47,740 nt of DNA from a virus (Duplodnaviria; Caudoviricetes): positions 1 through 47,740 of the IMG/VR virus record IMGVR_UViG_3300033485_000026, one strand, 5' to 3'. Made by a program: the position numbers and the translations under genes. The notes beneath the pieces are model-generated. The model was not told the DNA's origin. It did no database searches and saw only the letters and a list, made by a program, of their open reading frames with translations. This document shows positions 34,066-43,101 of the stretch, one piece after another. How positions within the stretch are numbered: position 1 is the first letter of the stretch; every line of letters begins with the position of its first letter.

Positions 34066-37000
34066 GACGCTGCTCCGTCCTCGTAGTCCTCAGAGCGTGG
34101 ATGCCCGTGCTCCGATGGTACGGCAGCCGCGCTATGCCCTGGTAGTGGCTTGTGGTACTTCTGCCGCTTCCGCACCTTCGGCGTGTCCGTGAGCGTGATC
34201 CCGTCGCCCGTGATGACGATGAGCGTCGGCCAGAACGCCTCGGCAGAATCCGTGATGGTCACAGTGTCGGTGACCTGCACGGGAAGCGTCGGCAACAGGA
34301 CCTCGGCGGTGTCCGTCATCGTCACGGTGTCGTACTCCGTGACCGTCATCACGTCCACGCCAATCACCGGCAGGTCGCTCACATAGAGCGTCTCGCCGAC
34401 TGTCACGAGCAGGAGGTCGAACAGTTCTGCGGGGATATCAGTGATGGTTACCGTGTCTGTGGCGATGACCTCGAGGTCCTTCGCGGCGCTCGCCGAATCC
34501 GTGAGGGTCACGGTGTCGGAGGCCGTCGCCTGACGGTCGGTGGACACGGTCGCGGTATCGGTCAGTGTCACCGTGTCAGAGCCGATCACATCGCCCACAT
34601 CGCCCTGGCGGAGCACGTCAGGGTCGTCCGTGAGTGTCACCGTGTCAGATGCGATGACCATGCGCTCGGAGATCGCCAGCGGCGTGTCCGTGAGGGTGAT
34701 CGTGTCGGAGGCCAGGACGGTCGGACCAGCCTTCACCGTCGCGGTGTCGGTGAGGGTCACCGTATCGGATGCCGTGACCGCCGCATCAGGCTTCACCGTC
34801 GCCGTGTCGGTCAATGTGACGGTGTCGCTGCCGATCGCCTCCTGCGGGCCGACCTCGCCCTCGAGTACCACGTCCGGGTCCTCGGTGAGCGTGATTGTGT
34901 CTCCCGCGACGACCAGGCGCTCCGCGACTGCGCTGGCGCTGTCAGTCAGCGTCACGGTGTCGGAGGCGACGACGACGTGCTGGCGCTGAACGGTCGGAGT
35001 ATCAGTCAGGGTGATCGTGTCGGACGCAGATGTTCCGTGATCCCGTTGCGCGGTGGAGGTGTCCGTGAGCGTCACGGTGTCCGATCCGACGACCGGCCCT
35101 ATCTCGCCCTCGACGGTGACTGTTGGCGGCTCTGCCGGCGTCAAGGTCACCGTGTCGGCGACAGTCGCGAGCAGGAAGTCGAGTTGCATGATGGCCGTAT
35201 CCGTCAGCGTGACCGTGTCGGCACCTGTCGCGCCATACGGCCCCTCGCCCAGTTCGACGAACACCTCATCATCGAGGAACACGGTGTCATCAACCGGGCC
35301 GAGTTGCTCCTCGATGGTGAGCGTGTCGGTGATGACGATGATGAGGTCCGCCCGGACGGTCGGCGTGTCGGTGAGTGTCACTGTGTCGATTGCGACCGGC
35401 GAGTATTCTGCGGCAGCCTCGCGGCTTACGGTCACAGAGTCGGACAGCCAGATCGTCTCGCTGTACTGCCCGAGCGCATCGGTCAACGTCACCGTATCCG
35501 TGATGCTCAGCGTGTAGCCCATGTCAGGCATATCAGTGAGCGTCACTGTGTCGGACTCCGTCACCATCAGGTCTGCGGCAACGGCAGGCGTATCAGTGAG
35601 TGTCACTATGTCGCTGGCCTCGACCGCATGGTCGCGATCCACACTCATGGTGTCGGTGAGGGTCACCGTGTCCGAGGCGGTCGTGGTCTGCGGTGGCTCC
35701 TCGCCCTCAAGCGCGACGGTGGCGGAGTCTGAGAGCCACACAGTCTCGGAGTATTGGGCGAGGCCGTCAGCGAGCGTGATGGTGTCGTCTTTCGTGACCG
35801 TCAGAGTGCCGGTGGTGACCACCTGCGGGGTAGGCACATCCTCGGTGAGCGTGACCGTGTCGCTTGAGGTGATTGCCGCATCAGGTGTGACCGTTGCCGT
35901 GTCTGTCAGGGTGACGGTGTCCGCTGCCGATGCCGCCTGCTCGGTGGATGCGGCAGGGTCCTCCGTCAGGGTCACAGTATCGCTTGTGGTGACCTCGGCA
36001 TCGGCCTGAGCGGTCGGGGTGTCGGTGAGGGTGACGGTGTCCGTCGCCTCCGCGACCCACTCGGGCTTGGCGTCTGCGGTATCGGCGATCTCTACCGTGT
36101 CGCTGGCGGTGACCTCGTGGTCGCGATCGACGGTTGGCGTGTCGGTGAGTGTGACCGTGTCGGTGTCGGGAGTGACCTCGCGGGCAGGTTCCTCGCCCGC
36201 TTCGACGCTGACGCTCACGGAATCCGACAGCCACACCGTCTCGGAATACTGCGCGAGGGAGTCGGTGAGCGTGATGGTGTCGGAGATGCCAGTGACCTCG
36301 CGGGCCGGGAGTTCGGCGCTGATGCGCTCGACGGTCGGCGGCTCGGTCGGCGTGACCTGCACCGTATCCGAGGCCGTGACCCCGTGGTCGCGCCGGACGG
36401 TGGCCGATTCCCCCGTCGTGACGTTCACGGTGTCGGATGCCGTGATGCCGTGGTCGCGCCTCACCGTGGGAGTGTCGGTGAGTTGGACCGTATCCGTGCC
36501 TGGGGTGACTTGGCGGGCAGCAGGAGCGCCCTGCGCGATGATGAAACACCGCGAGATGCAGTACCAGGTGTCGCCCGAGCCGACGGCCACTTCCACATTG
36601 ACCGCGCTCGCTACACTGCCGGTGAGCGGTGCGGTCGCCATACCGATGCCGCCACCTGTACCCGTACTCACCACATTATCCATGCGCTCAGTGAGCGACA
36701 GGCCGATAGAAACCCACGAAGAGAAGTTGGCCGTCGAGTTGGCATCCTTGTCGGTGGCGAGGAAGGCGACGAGCATGTCGCCGCTGGATGCGGTGAGTGT
36801 GCTCGCGTCCGCCAGCGTGAAGTTGCCGTTCGCGTCATCGACGGTATTACTGAGAGTCGTGTCGTCGGGGAAACTCTCGGTACTCGCGTTGTAGAACCCG
36901 ATGATGCGGGCGACCTGATGGTTGCCAGCGTCGGCGATGCTGACCGTACCTTCGGATGCGGTAGCGGTGCGCCTGAATATGGCGTAGTCGCTCGCCCCGT

Positions 37001-37190
37001 AGGTGCCGGTGTAGACCGATGTCCAGGTATCGGAAACGCCACCCGATGTCGGGGTGGCGATGGTGTCTGCGGCTGCGGCCTGGACGACGCATACGAGGAG
37101 GTCGCCCGCTTGGTATCCCGAGGGCAGTCCAGGTTCGACGGCGGCGTTGCCGCTTGCGACCGTGCCGACTGCTCTGACTTCAACGGCCAC
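34053..37190 (-). CDS. Large Thr/Asp-rich repeat protein, probable virion fibre backbone (1045 aa)
   Basis: ~220-aa N-terminal beta domain, then ~38 repeats of xDT(V/I)TLTD, mostly at a 20-aa period. Confidence 0.8.
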   Translation of the reverse strand: MAVEVRAVGTVASGNAAVEPGLPSGYQAGDLLVCVVQAAAADTIATPTSGGVSDTWTSVYTGTYGASDYAIFRRTATASEGTVSIADAGNHQVARIIGFYNASTESFPDDTTLSNTVDDANGNFTLADASTLTASSGDMLVAFLATDKDANSTANFSSWVSIGLSLTERMDNVVSTGTGGGIGMATAPLTGSVASAVNVEVAVGSGDTWYCISRCFIIAQGAPAARQVTPGTDTVQLTDTPTVRRDHGITASDTVNVTTGESATVRRDHGVTASDTVQVTPTEPPTVERISAELPAREVTGISDTITLTDSLAQYSETVWLSDSVSVSVEAGEEPAREVTPDTDTVTLTDTPTVDRDHEVTASDTVEIADTADAKPEWVAEATDTVTLTDTPTAQADAEVTTSDTVTLTEDPAASTEQAASAADTVTLTDTATVTPDAAITSSDTVTLTEDVPTPQVVTTGTLTVTKDDTITLADGLAQYSETVWLSDSATVALEGEEPPQTTTASDTVTLTDTMSVDRDHAVEASDIVTLTDTPAVAADLMVTESDTVTLTDMPDMGYTLSITDTVTLTDALGQYSETIWLSDSVTVSREAAAEYSPVAIDTVTLTDTPTVRADLIIVITDTLTIEEQLGPVDDTVFLDDEVFVELGEGPYGATGADTVTLTDTAIMQLDFLLATVADTVTLTPAEPPTVTVEGEIGPVVGSDTVTLTDTSTAQRDHGTSASDTITLTDTPTVQRQHVVVASDTVTLTDSASAVAERLVVAGDTITLTEDPDVVLEGEVGPQEAIGSDTVTLTDTATVKPDAAVTASDTVTLTDTATVKAGPTVLASDTITLTDTPLAISERMVIASDTVTLTDDPDVLRQGDVGDVIGSDTVTLTDTATVSTDRQATASDTVTLTDSASAAKDLEVIATDTVTITDIPAELFDLLLVTVGETLYVSDLPVIGVDVMTVTEYDTVTMTDTAEVLLPTLPVQVTDTVTITDSAEAFWPTLIVITGDGITLTDTPKVRKRQKYHKPLPGHSAAAVPSEHGHPRSEDYEDGAASCRN

Positions 37191-37191
37191 G

Positions 37192-37350
37192 TCACGGCCC
37201 CCTTATCGGAGCGTCACAGTCGAGATGCTCGGCGCGGGGCAGCATGAGATCGTGCAGCGGGAAGCGCACGGTCCGCGCCCTCACGCGCCGGGGGCTGCCG
37301 AACGTGTCGGTCAGCCGCACCTCGTCGGTTATGGAGACGGTGAGCGTCAT
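37192..37350 (-). CDS. Small protein (52 aa) carrying one fibre-type repeat
   Basis: MTLTVSITDEVRLTD... ATGA overlap at 37347-37350. Confidence 0.5.
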   Translation of the reverse strand: MTLTVSITDEVRLTDTFGSPRRVRARTVRFPLHDLMLPRAEHLDCDAPIRGP

Positions 37351-37943
37351 GGCGTCAGTTTCGGGGAGGCGATGTGGTAGGCCGGGTTGGAAGCGGCGAT
37401 GTTGACGGTGAGGGTGTTGTCCTCTGTGACCCAGACCGTGAAACGCAGGTCGAGTGCCGCACTCGTCCACGAGCCCCCGTATGCGATGACTCCGACGTTC
37501 CCGTCGTGTGATGCGGGGGTGTTGACCGCGCCGATGCGGAGGTAGTTGGTTGTCAGGTCGGATGACACGAACGCGGGGTCTATCGCGAGGAAGTAATACT
37601 CCCCCTGCGTGAGTGACACGGTGTCGTCGAAGGTGAACTCATAGTAACTGTACGAACCGATGGCGAAGTCGGTCACGGGCCGCGCCGTGGACGTGGCAAT
37701 GGCCGCCCCGGTCGGGAGGCTGTCGGTGCCGTAGGCGGTCACATGGGCCTCGTCGTATATCTTGAGCGATACCGTTCCGCCAGGGTCGCCGTAACGCCGG
37801 ATGTCCACTCGGGCTTTGTTGACCGTACCAGTGTAGTCAGACGTGAACGCCTGACCGAGGTCGCTGTAAGCGCCACTCACATCCGCCATCTGATAACCGG
37901 AGGTCAGCGTCACATCGCATGAGTCGGTGACTACGATTGCCAT
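37347..37943 (-). CDS. Beta-sandwich virion accessory protein (198 aa)
   Basis: LGQAFT...LKIY...LPTGAAIATS...YYEFTF...LTQGEYYFL...DLRF. SD GAGGT. Confidence 0.7.
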   Translation of the reverse strand: MAIVVTDSCDVTLTSGYQMADVSGAYSDLGQAFTSDYTGTVNKARVDIRRYGDPGGTVSLKIYDEAHVTAYGTDSLPTGAAIATSTARPVTDFAIGSYSYYEFTFDDTVSLTQGEYYFLAIDPAFVSSDLTTNYLRIGAVNTPASHDGNVGVIAYGGSWTSAALDLRFTVWVTEDNTLTVNIAASNPAYHIASPKLTP

Positions 37944-37951
37944 GTCCTACC

Positions 37952-39514
37952 TCACTTCCAGAGGATGATGCCATCGTGCGCGGGGAGTGAGAAGTCACCC
38001 GTCACTGGATCGCCGTTGTTGATGCTCGCCGCCTGTGTCCCGTCGATGCGACTGTATCCGCTGCCCAATGACGAATACGGGATGGTACGGGCGGTCGTGA
38101 GGTCTGGGTTGATGATGGCGCATCCGTGGTCGAATCTGCGGATGAAACAGTTGGTGCCGATGGATGTCGCGGCGGCAGTCGGCTGTCCGAGCCAGCCCGT
38201 CGCCGTCCCATCGCCGGTCGCTACGCCGCTTGACACCGAATACTCGTCGAACCAGGGGTATTCGTGGTTGTTGGAGGAGAAGAACCCGTCTCCGAGGAGT
38301 GTCGTACAGAGGCCATAACGCATCAGCTTGTAATCGGTGTCTCCGGTCGAGACCATGAATGTCGTGACGTGCGGCTCGTGCGCGGACGTGCTCCAATCCA
38401 TGTAGTCCCAATAGGTCATGTCGTTCGGTGTCCACGGCCCGAAGATGAGCGTGTACCATGTCGAGTAGGATGTGCTCGCATCCGGCCACGCCTCGTACAG
38501 CCGTCCGCCCGTATCGGAGTGCATGTACCTGCCGTTGCTGGTGATGGGGGCTGTCTCGCCGAGTGCTGCACGCAACTTCTCCATGTAGTCCTCTAGGCCG
38601 AGCCGCCATGCGTCGATGAAGGCGTCTTGCTCACCGGCAGTATCAGGACTGTTGTTACGGTTGAGGTCTATCACCCCGTCGTTCGTGGAATAGGTGAGAT
38701 ACCACAGATGGCCGTCGTCCCATACATCGACACCGGCACCCTCGAACCCGCAGTCCTCTATCTCCGTGACCACGCGCCTGACGTTCCACTCGTTGAACGT
38801 CTCGGGCCCGACTGACTCATCGACCGTGAGCGACGGACAGCCTGCCGTCATGTCGCACGCCACACACCCAGGCCAGGTGATGTAGGACGGCGCGATGCGG
38901 ATGCCCGCCACATGGGCCTTCGATGGGTAGAAGTAACCGAGCGTCTGCAACGTCGGGCTACGGGGGTAGAGCGTCAACTGCGTACTGCTGTCAACCGTAT
39001 TGACTACCGCCAACTCGCAGGTGCGGTTCGTCGGCGTGTCGTCGGTGAACGGGTCTGCCAGCGTGCCGCCGATGACCACGAGCTCACCAGCATCGAAGTA
39101 AGTAGTGTCGCCTACGGTGATGACCGTCTGCGTCGAGGTGATGTCGTTGGAGAGCGTCGTCCCTGGCTGACACTGTATCCAGTCACAGGAGATCGACCGT
39201 ACCTCCTCGTTCAGGATGTGGTCGTAGGCGCTGCTCCGTGACCAGTTCACGGCGTAGGCTGCAGTGTATACCCCGATCATCACATGGGGGTTATAACCTC
39301 TCATCGTGGCGACCCACGCTTGGACATCCTCGATGCTCGACCAACTGTATTGTCTGCTGGCGACGATGTAGTCGAAGCGTGCTAGTTCCTCGCTCGTCGA
39401 AGTGCCAGGTGCCCAGGTCATCACACGCGGGTAATCGAGAGGCGCGGCCTCGGTCGGCAGGCTCGCGTACCTATGCCCCAGACTCTCTCCGCGTGGCCTC
39501 AAGGGTGCGGGCAT
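37952..39514 (-). CDS. Putative glycoside hydrolase (GHL15-like TIM barrel) with inserted beta domain
   Basis: LARFDYIV, FEGAGVD, MRYGLCTTLLGDGFF, WFDEY, WLGQP, RRFDHG..IINP, IDGTQ..INNG, LPAHDGIIL. Confidence 0.7.
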   Translation of the reverse strand: MPAPLRPRGESLGHRYASLPTEAAPLDYPRVMTWAPGTSTSEELARFDYIVASRQYSWSSIEDVQAWVATMRGYNPHVMIGVYTAAYAVNWSRSSAYDHILNEEVRSISCDWIQCQPGTTLSNDITSTQTVITVGDTTYFDAGELVVIGGTLADPFTDDTPTNRTCELAVVNTVDSSTQLTLYPRSPTLQTLGYFYPSKAHVAGIRIAPSYITWPGCVACDMTAGCPSLTVDESVGPETFNEWNVRRVVTEIEDCGFEGAGVDVWDDGHLWYLTYSTNDGVIDLNRNNSPDTAGEQDAFIDAWRLGLEDYMEKLRAALGETAPITSNGRYMHSDTGGRLYEAWPDASTSYSTWYTLIFGPWTPNDMTYWDYMDWSTSAHEPHVTTFMVSTGDTDYKLMRYGLCTTLLGDGFFSSNNHEYPWFDEYSVSSGVATGDGTATGWLGQPTAAATSIGTNCFIRRFDHGCAIINPDLTTARTIPYSSLGSGYSRIDGTQAASINNGDPVTGDFSLPAHDGIILWK

Positions 39515-39555
39515 CTATCCCACCCGCTCGGCCATCTTGAGGCGCTCCGTGACCT

Positions 39556-40419
39556 CTACCGAGAGGGTTTCCGCCTCGCGTTCGGCAGATGGTCTTGAGG
39601 CGGGTACATCGTCCCGTCCGGGCTGATGTGGCGGCACAGGATGTTCGTGTCCACGAGGAACGGGTACTTGCGCTTGGCTATCTTCGGCCATCCGGCTCTC
39701 CTCAGAACGTCCTCGTCCCGAACCCGCTTGCACCATGCAAGGTCGGAGGTGCCCGACTCGCCTCGCATGGCACCTGCCTCCTCGTCGAACCACACCCGCG
39801 AGGGCTGCTCGAAGACGCGGCGGGTCTTGACGTTGCCGGCCATGTACTCGGGCGACTCGTCCCACATGATTCTGAGCACCTTGCTGTGGCACAGGAAGAA
39901 CCCGGTGGGGATACCGTCGCACCACACATGGTCGCCTAGCACGAAGTCATCATAGTACGACGTGCCGCTCCCGCGATAGATGAGCGGCTCGGGTGGCATC
40001 CCCTTCTGGTAGTACAGCCCCGATACCACCGGCACGGTGCCCTTCCGCATCCACTCGTTCACGGTCTGGAGCGCGTCCGGGGGCGGGCAGGTGTCGTCCT
40101 CGATGAGCAGCAGCCACTCGTACTCCTGCTCTACCAGGTCCTTGACGATGATGTTCTGCGCGTCGGCGGTCGAGTAGCCGATGGGCATGTTGCTGGATAT
40201 GAACGGCACGGACTGCCCGTGTGCCCAGTTGCACGGTATGACCAGGCCGAAGCGGGCAAGCGCCCACTCCATCCGTATCGTCCCGCGCGTGGGGGTGCCG
40301 ATGAGGAGCCGCGTGGTGGGCGTGGGGCGGAGGTTGCGGTTCGCCGTGAACCCGTACCCCTCCATGATGTTCAAGGGCTCCTGCTGGAATGTGTGCTCGT
40401 CGGTCATCGGCATAGCCAC
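39556..40419 (-). CDS. Putative GT-A glycosyltransferase
   Basis: LLIGTPTRG, DAQN, WLLLIEDD, VVSGLY, TGFFL, SDLAWC, VDTNILCRH. Confidence 0.75.
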   Translation of the reverse strand: MAMPMTDEHTFQQEPLNIMEGYGFTANRNLRPTPTTRLLIGTPTRGTIRMEWALARFGLVIPCNWAHGQSVPFISSNMPIGYSTADAQNIIVKDLVEQEYEWLLLIEDDTCPPPDALQTVNEWMRKGTVPVVSGLYYQKGMPPEPLIYRGSGTSYYDDFVLGDHVWCDGIPTGFFLCHSKVLRIMWDESPEYMAGNVKTRRVFEQPSRVWFDEEAGAMRGESGTSDLAWCKRVRDEDVLRRAGWPKIAKRKYPFLVDTNILCRHISPDGTMYPPQDHLPNARRKPSR

Positions 40420-41402
40420 TTCTCCCTGTTCTCGACCGTCCAGATGACCGTCTTGGCGAGCGATCTGTCGAATCCGACGGGATAGCGATAACCCGATGCG
40501 AGAAGTTTCGACGAGTCGAGCGCATAGCGCAGGTCGTGGCCCGGGCGGGACGAGTGGAAGTCCACGATGTCATACTTGAGCGGCTTGCCGATGATGGCCG
40601 CGATCCTGAGCGCCATGTCGAGGTTGTCGATCTCCTCCAAGCCGGCGATGTTCCATTCATCGTAGCCGTGGTAGCCCAGGCGGATGATGTGGAGCAGCGC
40701 GTCGGCGAGGTTGCGGGCGTGGAGGTACATCCTGCTCCCCGCGTTGCCCTTGCTGTCGCCGTGGATCGTGAGCGTGGTCCCCTCGAGCGCGGCGGTGATC
40801 GCGAGTGGGACGAACTTCTCGGGATGCTGGCGCTCGCCGATGATGTTCATGGTATGTGTCGTCACGACCGGCACCCCGTAGGTGTTCTCATACGCGATGC
40901 CCACGGCCTCCTGCGCGGACTTCGACGCCGAGTAGGGATTCGAGGGGCGGTGCCAGTCGAACTCGCTGAACGCCTTGCCAGCCGAGGCCGGCCCATAGAC
41001 CTCGTCGGTGGAGAAGTTGACGAACATCGTCAGTTCGGGGTGCGTCCTCGCGTATTCGAGCATGAACATCGTGCATCGGACGTTGTTCAGGACGAACGGC
41101 ACGGGGTCCTCGATCGAGCGGTCAACATGGCTGTCCGCGGCAAGATGGCAGATGTAGTCGATGTGGCCGATCTCCCGGTTCACGATGGGCGGCACGGGGA
41201 GGTTCAGGTCGATCGCGTAGAAACTGACCCGATGCTTCTCGCGCTCCCATATCTCGATGTCGGTGAGGCGATCGGAGGACAGCGAGGCATACCCGAGTTT
41301 GTCGAAGACGACGACATCCCAGTCGGTGTTCTTGAGGAGGTGTTCGACGAGATGGCTGCCGACGAAGCCGCGGCCCCCGGTGACGATCACCTTCTTGAGC
41401 AT
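40404..41402 (-). CDS. rfbB: dTDP-glucose 4,6-dehydratase
   Basis: VTGGRGFVGSH, DKLGYAS, HLAADSHVDRSI, FSTDEVYG, PYSASK, QHPEKF, RPGHDLRYALD. Confidence 0.92.
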   Translation of the reverse strand: MLKKVIVTGGRGFVGSHLVEHLLKNTDWDVVVFDKLGYASLSSDRLTDIEIWEREKHRVSFYAIDLNLPVPPIVNREIGHIDYICHLAADSHVDRSIEDPVPFVLNNVRCTMFMLEYARTHPELTMFVNFSTDEVYGPASAGKAFSEFDWHRPSNPYSASKSAQEAVGIAYENTYGVPVVTTHTMNIIGERQHPEKFVPLAITAALEGTTLTIHGDSKGNAGSRMYLHARNLADALLHIIRLGYHGYDEWNIAGLEEIDNLDMALRIAAIIGKPLKYDIVDFHSSRPGHDLRYALDSSKLLASGYRYPVGFDRSLAKTVIWTVENREKWLCR

Positions 41403-41410
41403 CGCGCCCC

Positions 41411-42037
41411 CTAGATGTTGATGGTCAGTACGGCCTCGGCGAGTTTCCAGTCGTGGCCGAGGTCCATGAGCGTCGGTGTCCCCTTCTCGAGGACCGCCAG
41501 GCGCGGGTACAGGTGCATCGAGCAGACGGACATCTCGTTCGTCCACTCATGCACGGTCACGTCCAGCAGCGACTTCAAGAACTCGGTGAACGGCTCGGTG
41601 TCCCCGAAGAAATCGACGTAACTCGTCTCAAGGTCCTCCACGATGTAGAGGCCGCCCTCGGTGAGGTGCGGGAACAGCACATCGAAACTCGTCCGCAGGT
41701 CGCTCCAGCGGTGGCTCCCGTCATCTATCACCAGATCGGGCTGCCCCGTCTGTGAGATGACCCGCTCGAGGAACTCGCTGTCGGCCTGGTCGCCGACGAA
41801 ATGGCACTCGTCCGGGTTCAGGTTCGGATCGTAGTCGATGCCGTACACCTTCGCCTCGGGAAAGAACGTGCGGAAGGCGCGGATGCCGCCCCCGCCAGCA
41901 ACTCCGATCTCGAGGATGATCTTCGGGTCGATGCGCGAGAACACCTCGGCGTAGGTCTGGCTGTACTTCACCTTGTCCGTGCGCTGGCGGAAGAACTCGT
42001 CATATATCTCCTGTCGGGTGAACTCATGGTTCGTCAT
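41411..42037 (-). CDS. SAM-dependent methyltransferase, sugar O-methyltransferase-like (MycE/TylE type)
   Basis: TDK...Y, ILEIGV..GG, YGID, GDQAD, DLVIDDGSH, GGLYIVEDLETSY. Confidence 0.8.
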   Translation of the reverse strand: MTNHEFTRQEIYDEFFRQRTDKVKYSQTYAEVFSRIDPKIILEIGVAGGGGIRAFRTFFPEAKVYGIDYDPNLNPDECHFVGDQADSEFLERVISQTGQPDLVIDDGSHRWSDLRTSFDVLFPHLTEGGLYIVEDLETSYVDFFGDTEPFTEFLKSLLDVTVHEWTNEMSVCSMHLYPRLAVLEKGTPTLMDLGHDWKLAEAVLTINI

Positions 42038-42542
42038 AGGAGACATCCTCCCGCCGCTTGACGAGCGAAACCTCGAGGGTGCCCGCCTCGTTCCAGACCA
42101 GGTGCTCGATCCGCCACGGCCTCGGGCGGTAGACCTTGTAGGCCGCCCCGCCGGTCCGGTCATCGAGCGGGTCGAAGTAGCACCACGTCACCTCGTTGAT
42201 GGGGTTGATGAAACACGGGTCCGCGTAGAACGGTCGGGTCCCCGGATACCATGTGACGGCGAGGAAACGCCCGTCCGGGCGCGTGATCCGCCATACCTCG
42301 TCCATGAACCGCAGCATCCCGTGGCGCTTCGGGTCTATCTGCTCCAAGAGGTGCGAGGCCATCACCGTCGAGGCGCACTCGTCGGGGAAGGGCCACGGGT
42401 GGCTCTCGAGATCGCAGACGATGTCCACTCCCTCGAGAGCCACCGCATCGACACCTATGAACCCATGCTGCTTGTTGGGACCGCAGCCCAGGTCCAGCCT
42501 GACGGCACGGTTGGCCTCAAGCACCGCCCCCACTGTGCTCAT
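42024..42542 (-). CDS. Class I SAM-dependent methyltransferase (type 11-like)
   Basis: RLDLGCGPNK..GFIGVD, DLESHPWPF, SHLLEQ, MDEVWRI. Confidence 0.85.
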   Translation of the reverse strand: MSTVGAVLEANRAVRLDLGCGPNKQHGFIGVDAVALEGVDIVCDLESHPWPFPDECASTVMASHLLEQIDPKRHGMLRFMDEVWRITRPDGRFLAVTWYPGTRPFYADPCFINPINEVTWCYFDPLDDRTGGAAYKVYRPRPWRIEHLVWNEAGTLEVSLVKRREDVSYDEP

Positions 42543-42551
42543 CGGCTTCCC

Positions 42552-43031
42552 CTATGCGTAGGCGATGTTGTAGGTGACGTTGACGGCCTGGTTGGTCGCC
42601 ACCGAAGACGATGCGTAGGTCGCCAGCGCGAACGCGGTGGCACCCGTCGTGTTGGTGGTCGAGAACAGGCCGATCTCATTGATGTTGTAGGTCCCGCCGA
42701 ACATGTTGCTGCTGAACGCCGCGGTGAACTGCGCCGAGCGGCTGGAACTCGCCGTCGCGCCGGACATGCGGATCGAGCAACTCGACGGCGTGAGGTTCGT
42801 GTCGGTCGCGGCGAACGTCTTGGTCGCGTCGTACCCCAGGCCGATTGCCGCGACAGTCGGGCTAGAACCCGCCTGGCCGACAAGCGCCTTGATGAGGTAG
42901 TAGTCGAAACCGTTGTTGGTGATGGTGTTGTTCTGCCATCCCGATTCGCCCACGACCTTGTCGTCCTCGACGATCTGGAGGCGGTAGAACCCGCGAAGGG
43001 TCATCGCGTCCTCCGTCTTGGGCTTGGTCAT
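42552..43031 (-). CDS. Small Ser/Thr-rich structural protein, probable fibre subunit (159 aa)
   Basis: NTITNNG...IGLG...ATDTNL...INEIGLF...VNVTYNI pattern, resembling tail-collar/fibre-like proteins. Confidence 0.6.
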   Translation of the reverse strand: MTKPKTEDAMTLRGFYRLQIVEDDKVVGESGWQNNTITNNGFDYYLIKALVGQAGSSPTVAAIGLGYDATKTFAATDTNLTPSSCSIRMSGATASSSRSAQFTAAFSSNMFGGTYNINEIGLFSTTNTTGATAFALATYASSSVATNQAVNVTYNIAYA

Positions 43032-43101
43032 CTCATCTCCTTGCTCTCGCCGGGCGGGTGTCTTCTCTGGCGCTAGACTACACCGCCCTGGAACGGGTGT
43101 G

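Noticed and set aside
34150-36500. DNA repeats (GTGAGCGTGACCGTGTCGG-like) that might look like a CRISPR array or DGR
   Set aside because: They are degenerate codon-level repeats of the xDTVTLTD protein motif. No cas gene, reverse transcriptase or template/variable repeat pair is present.
26911-37247. Long plus-strand ORFs (26911..28338, 29698..31260, 30434..31564, 34152..35732, 36117..37247)
   Set aside because: Antisense shadows of well-supported GC-rich minus-strand genes, with no motifs or RBS of their own.
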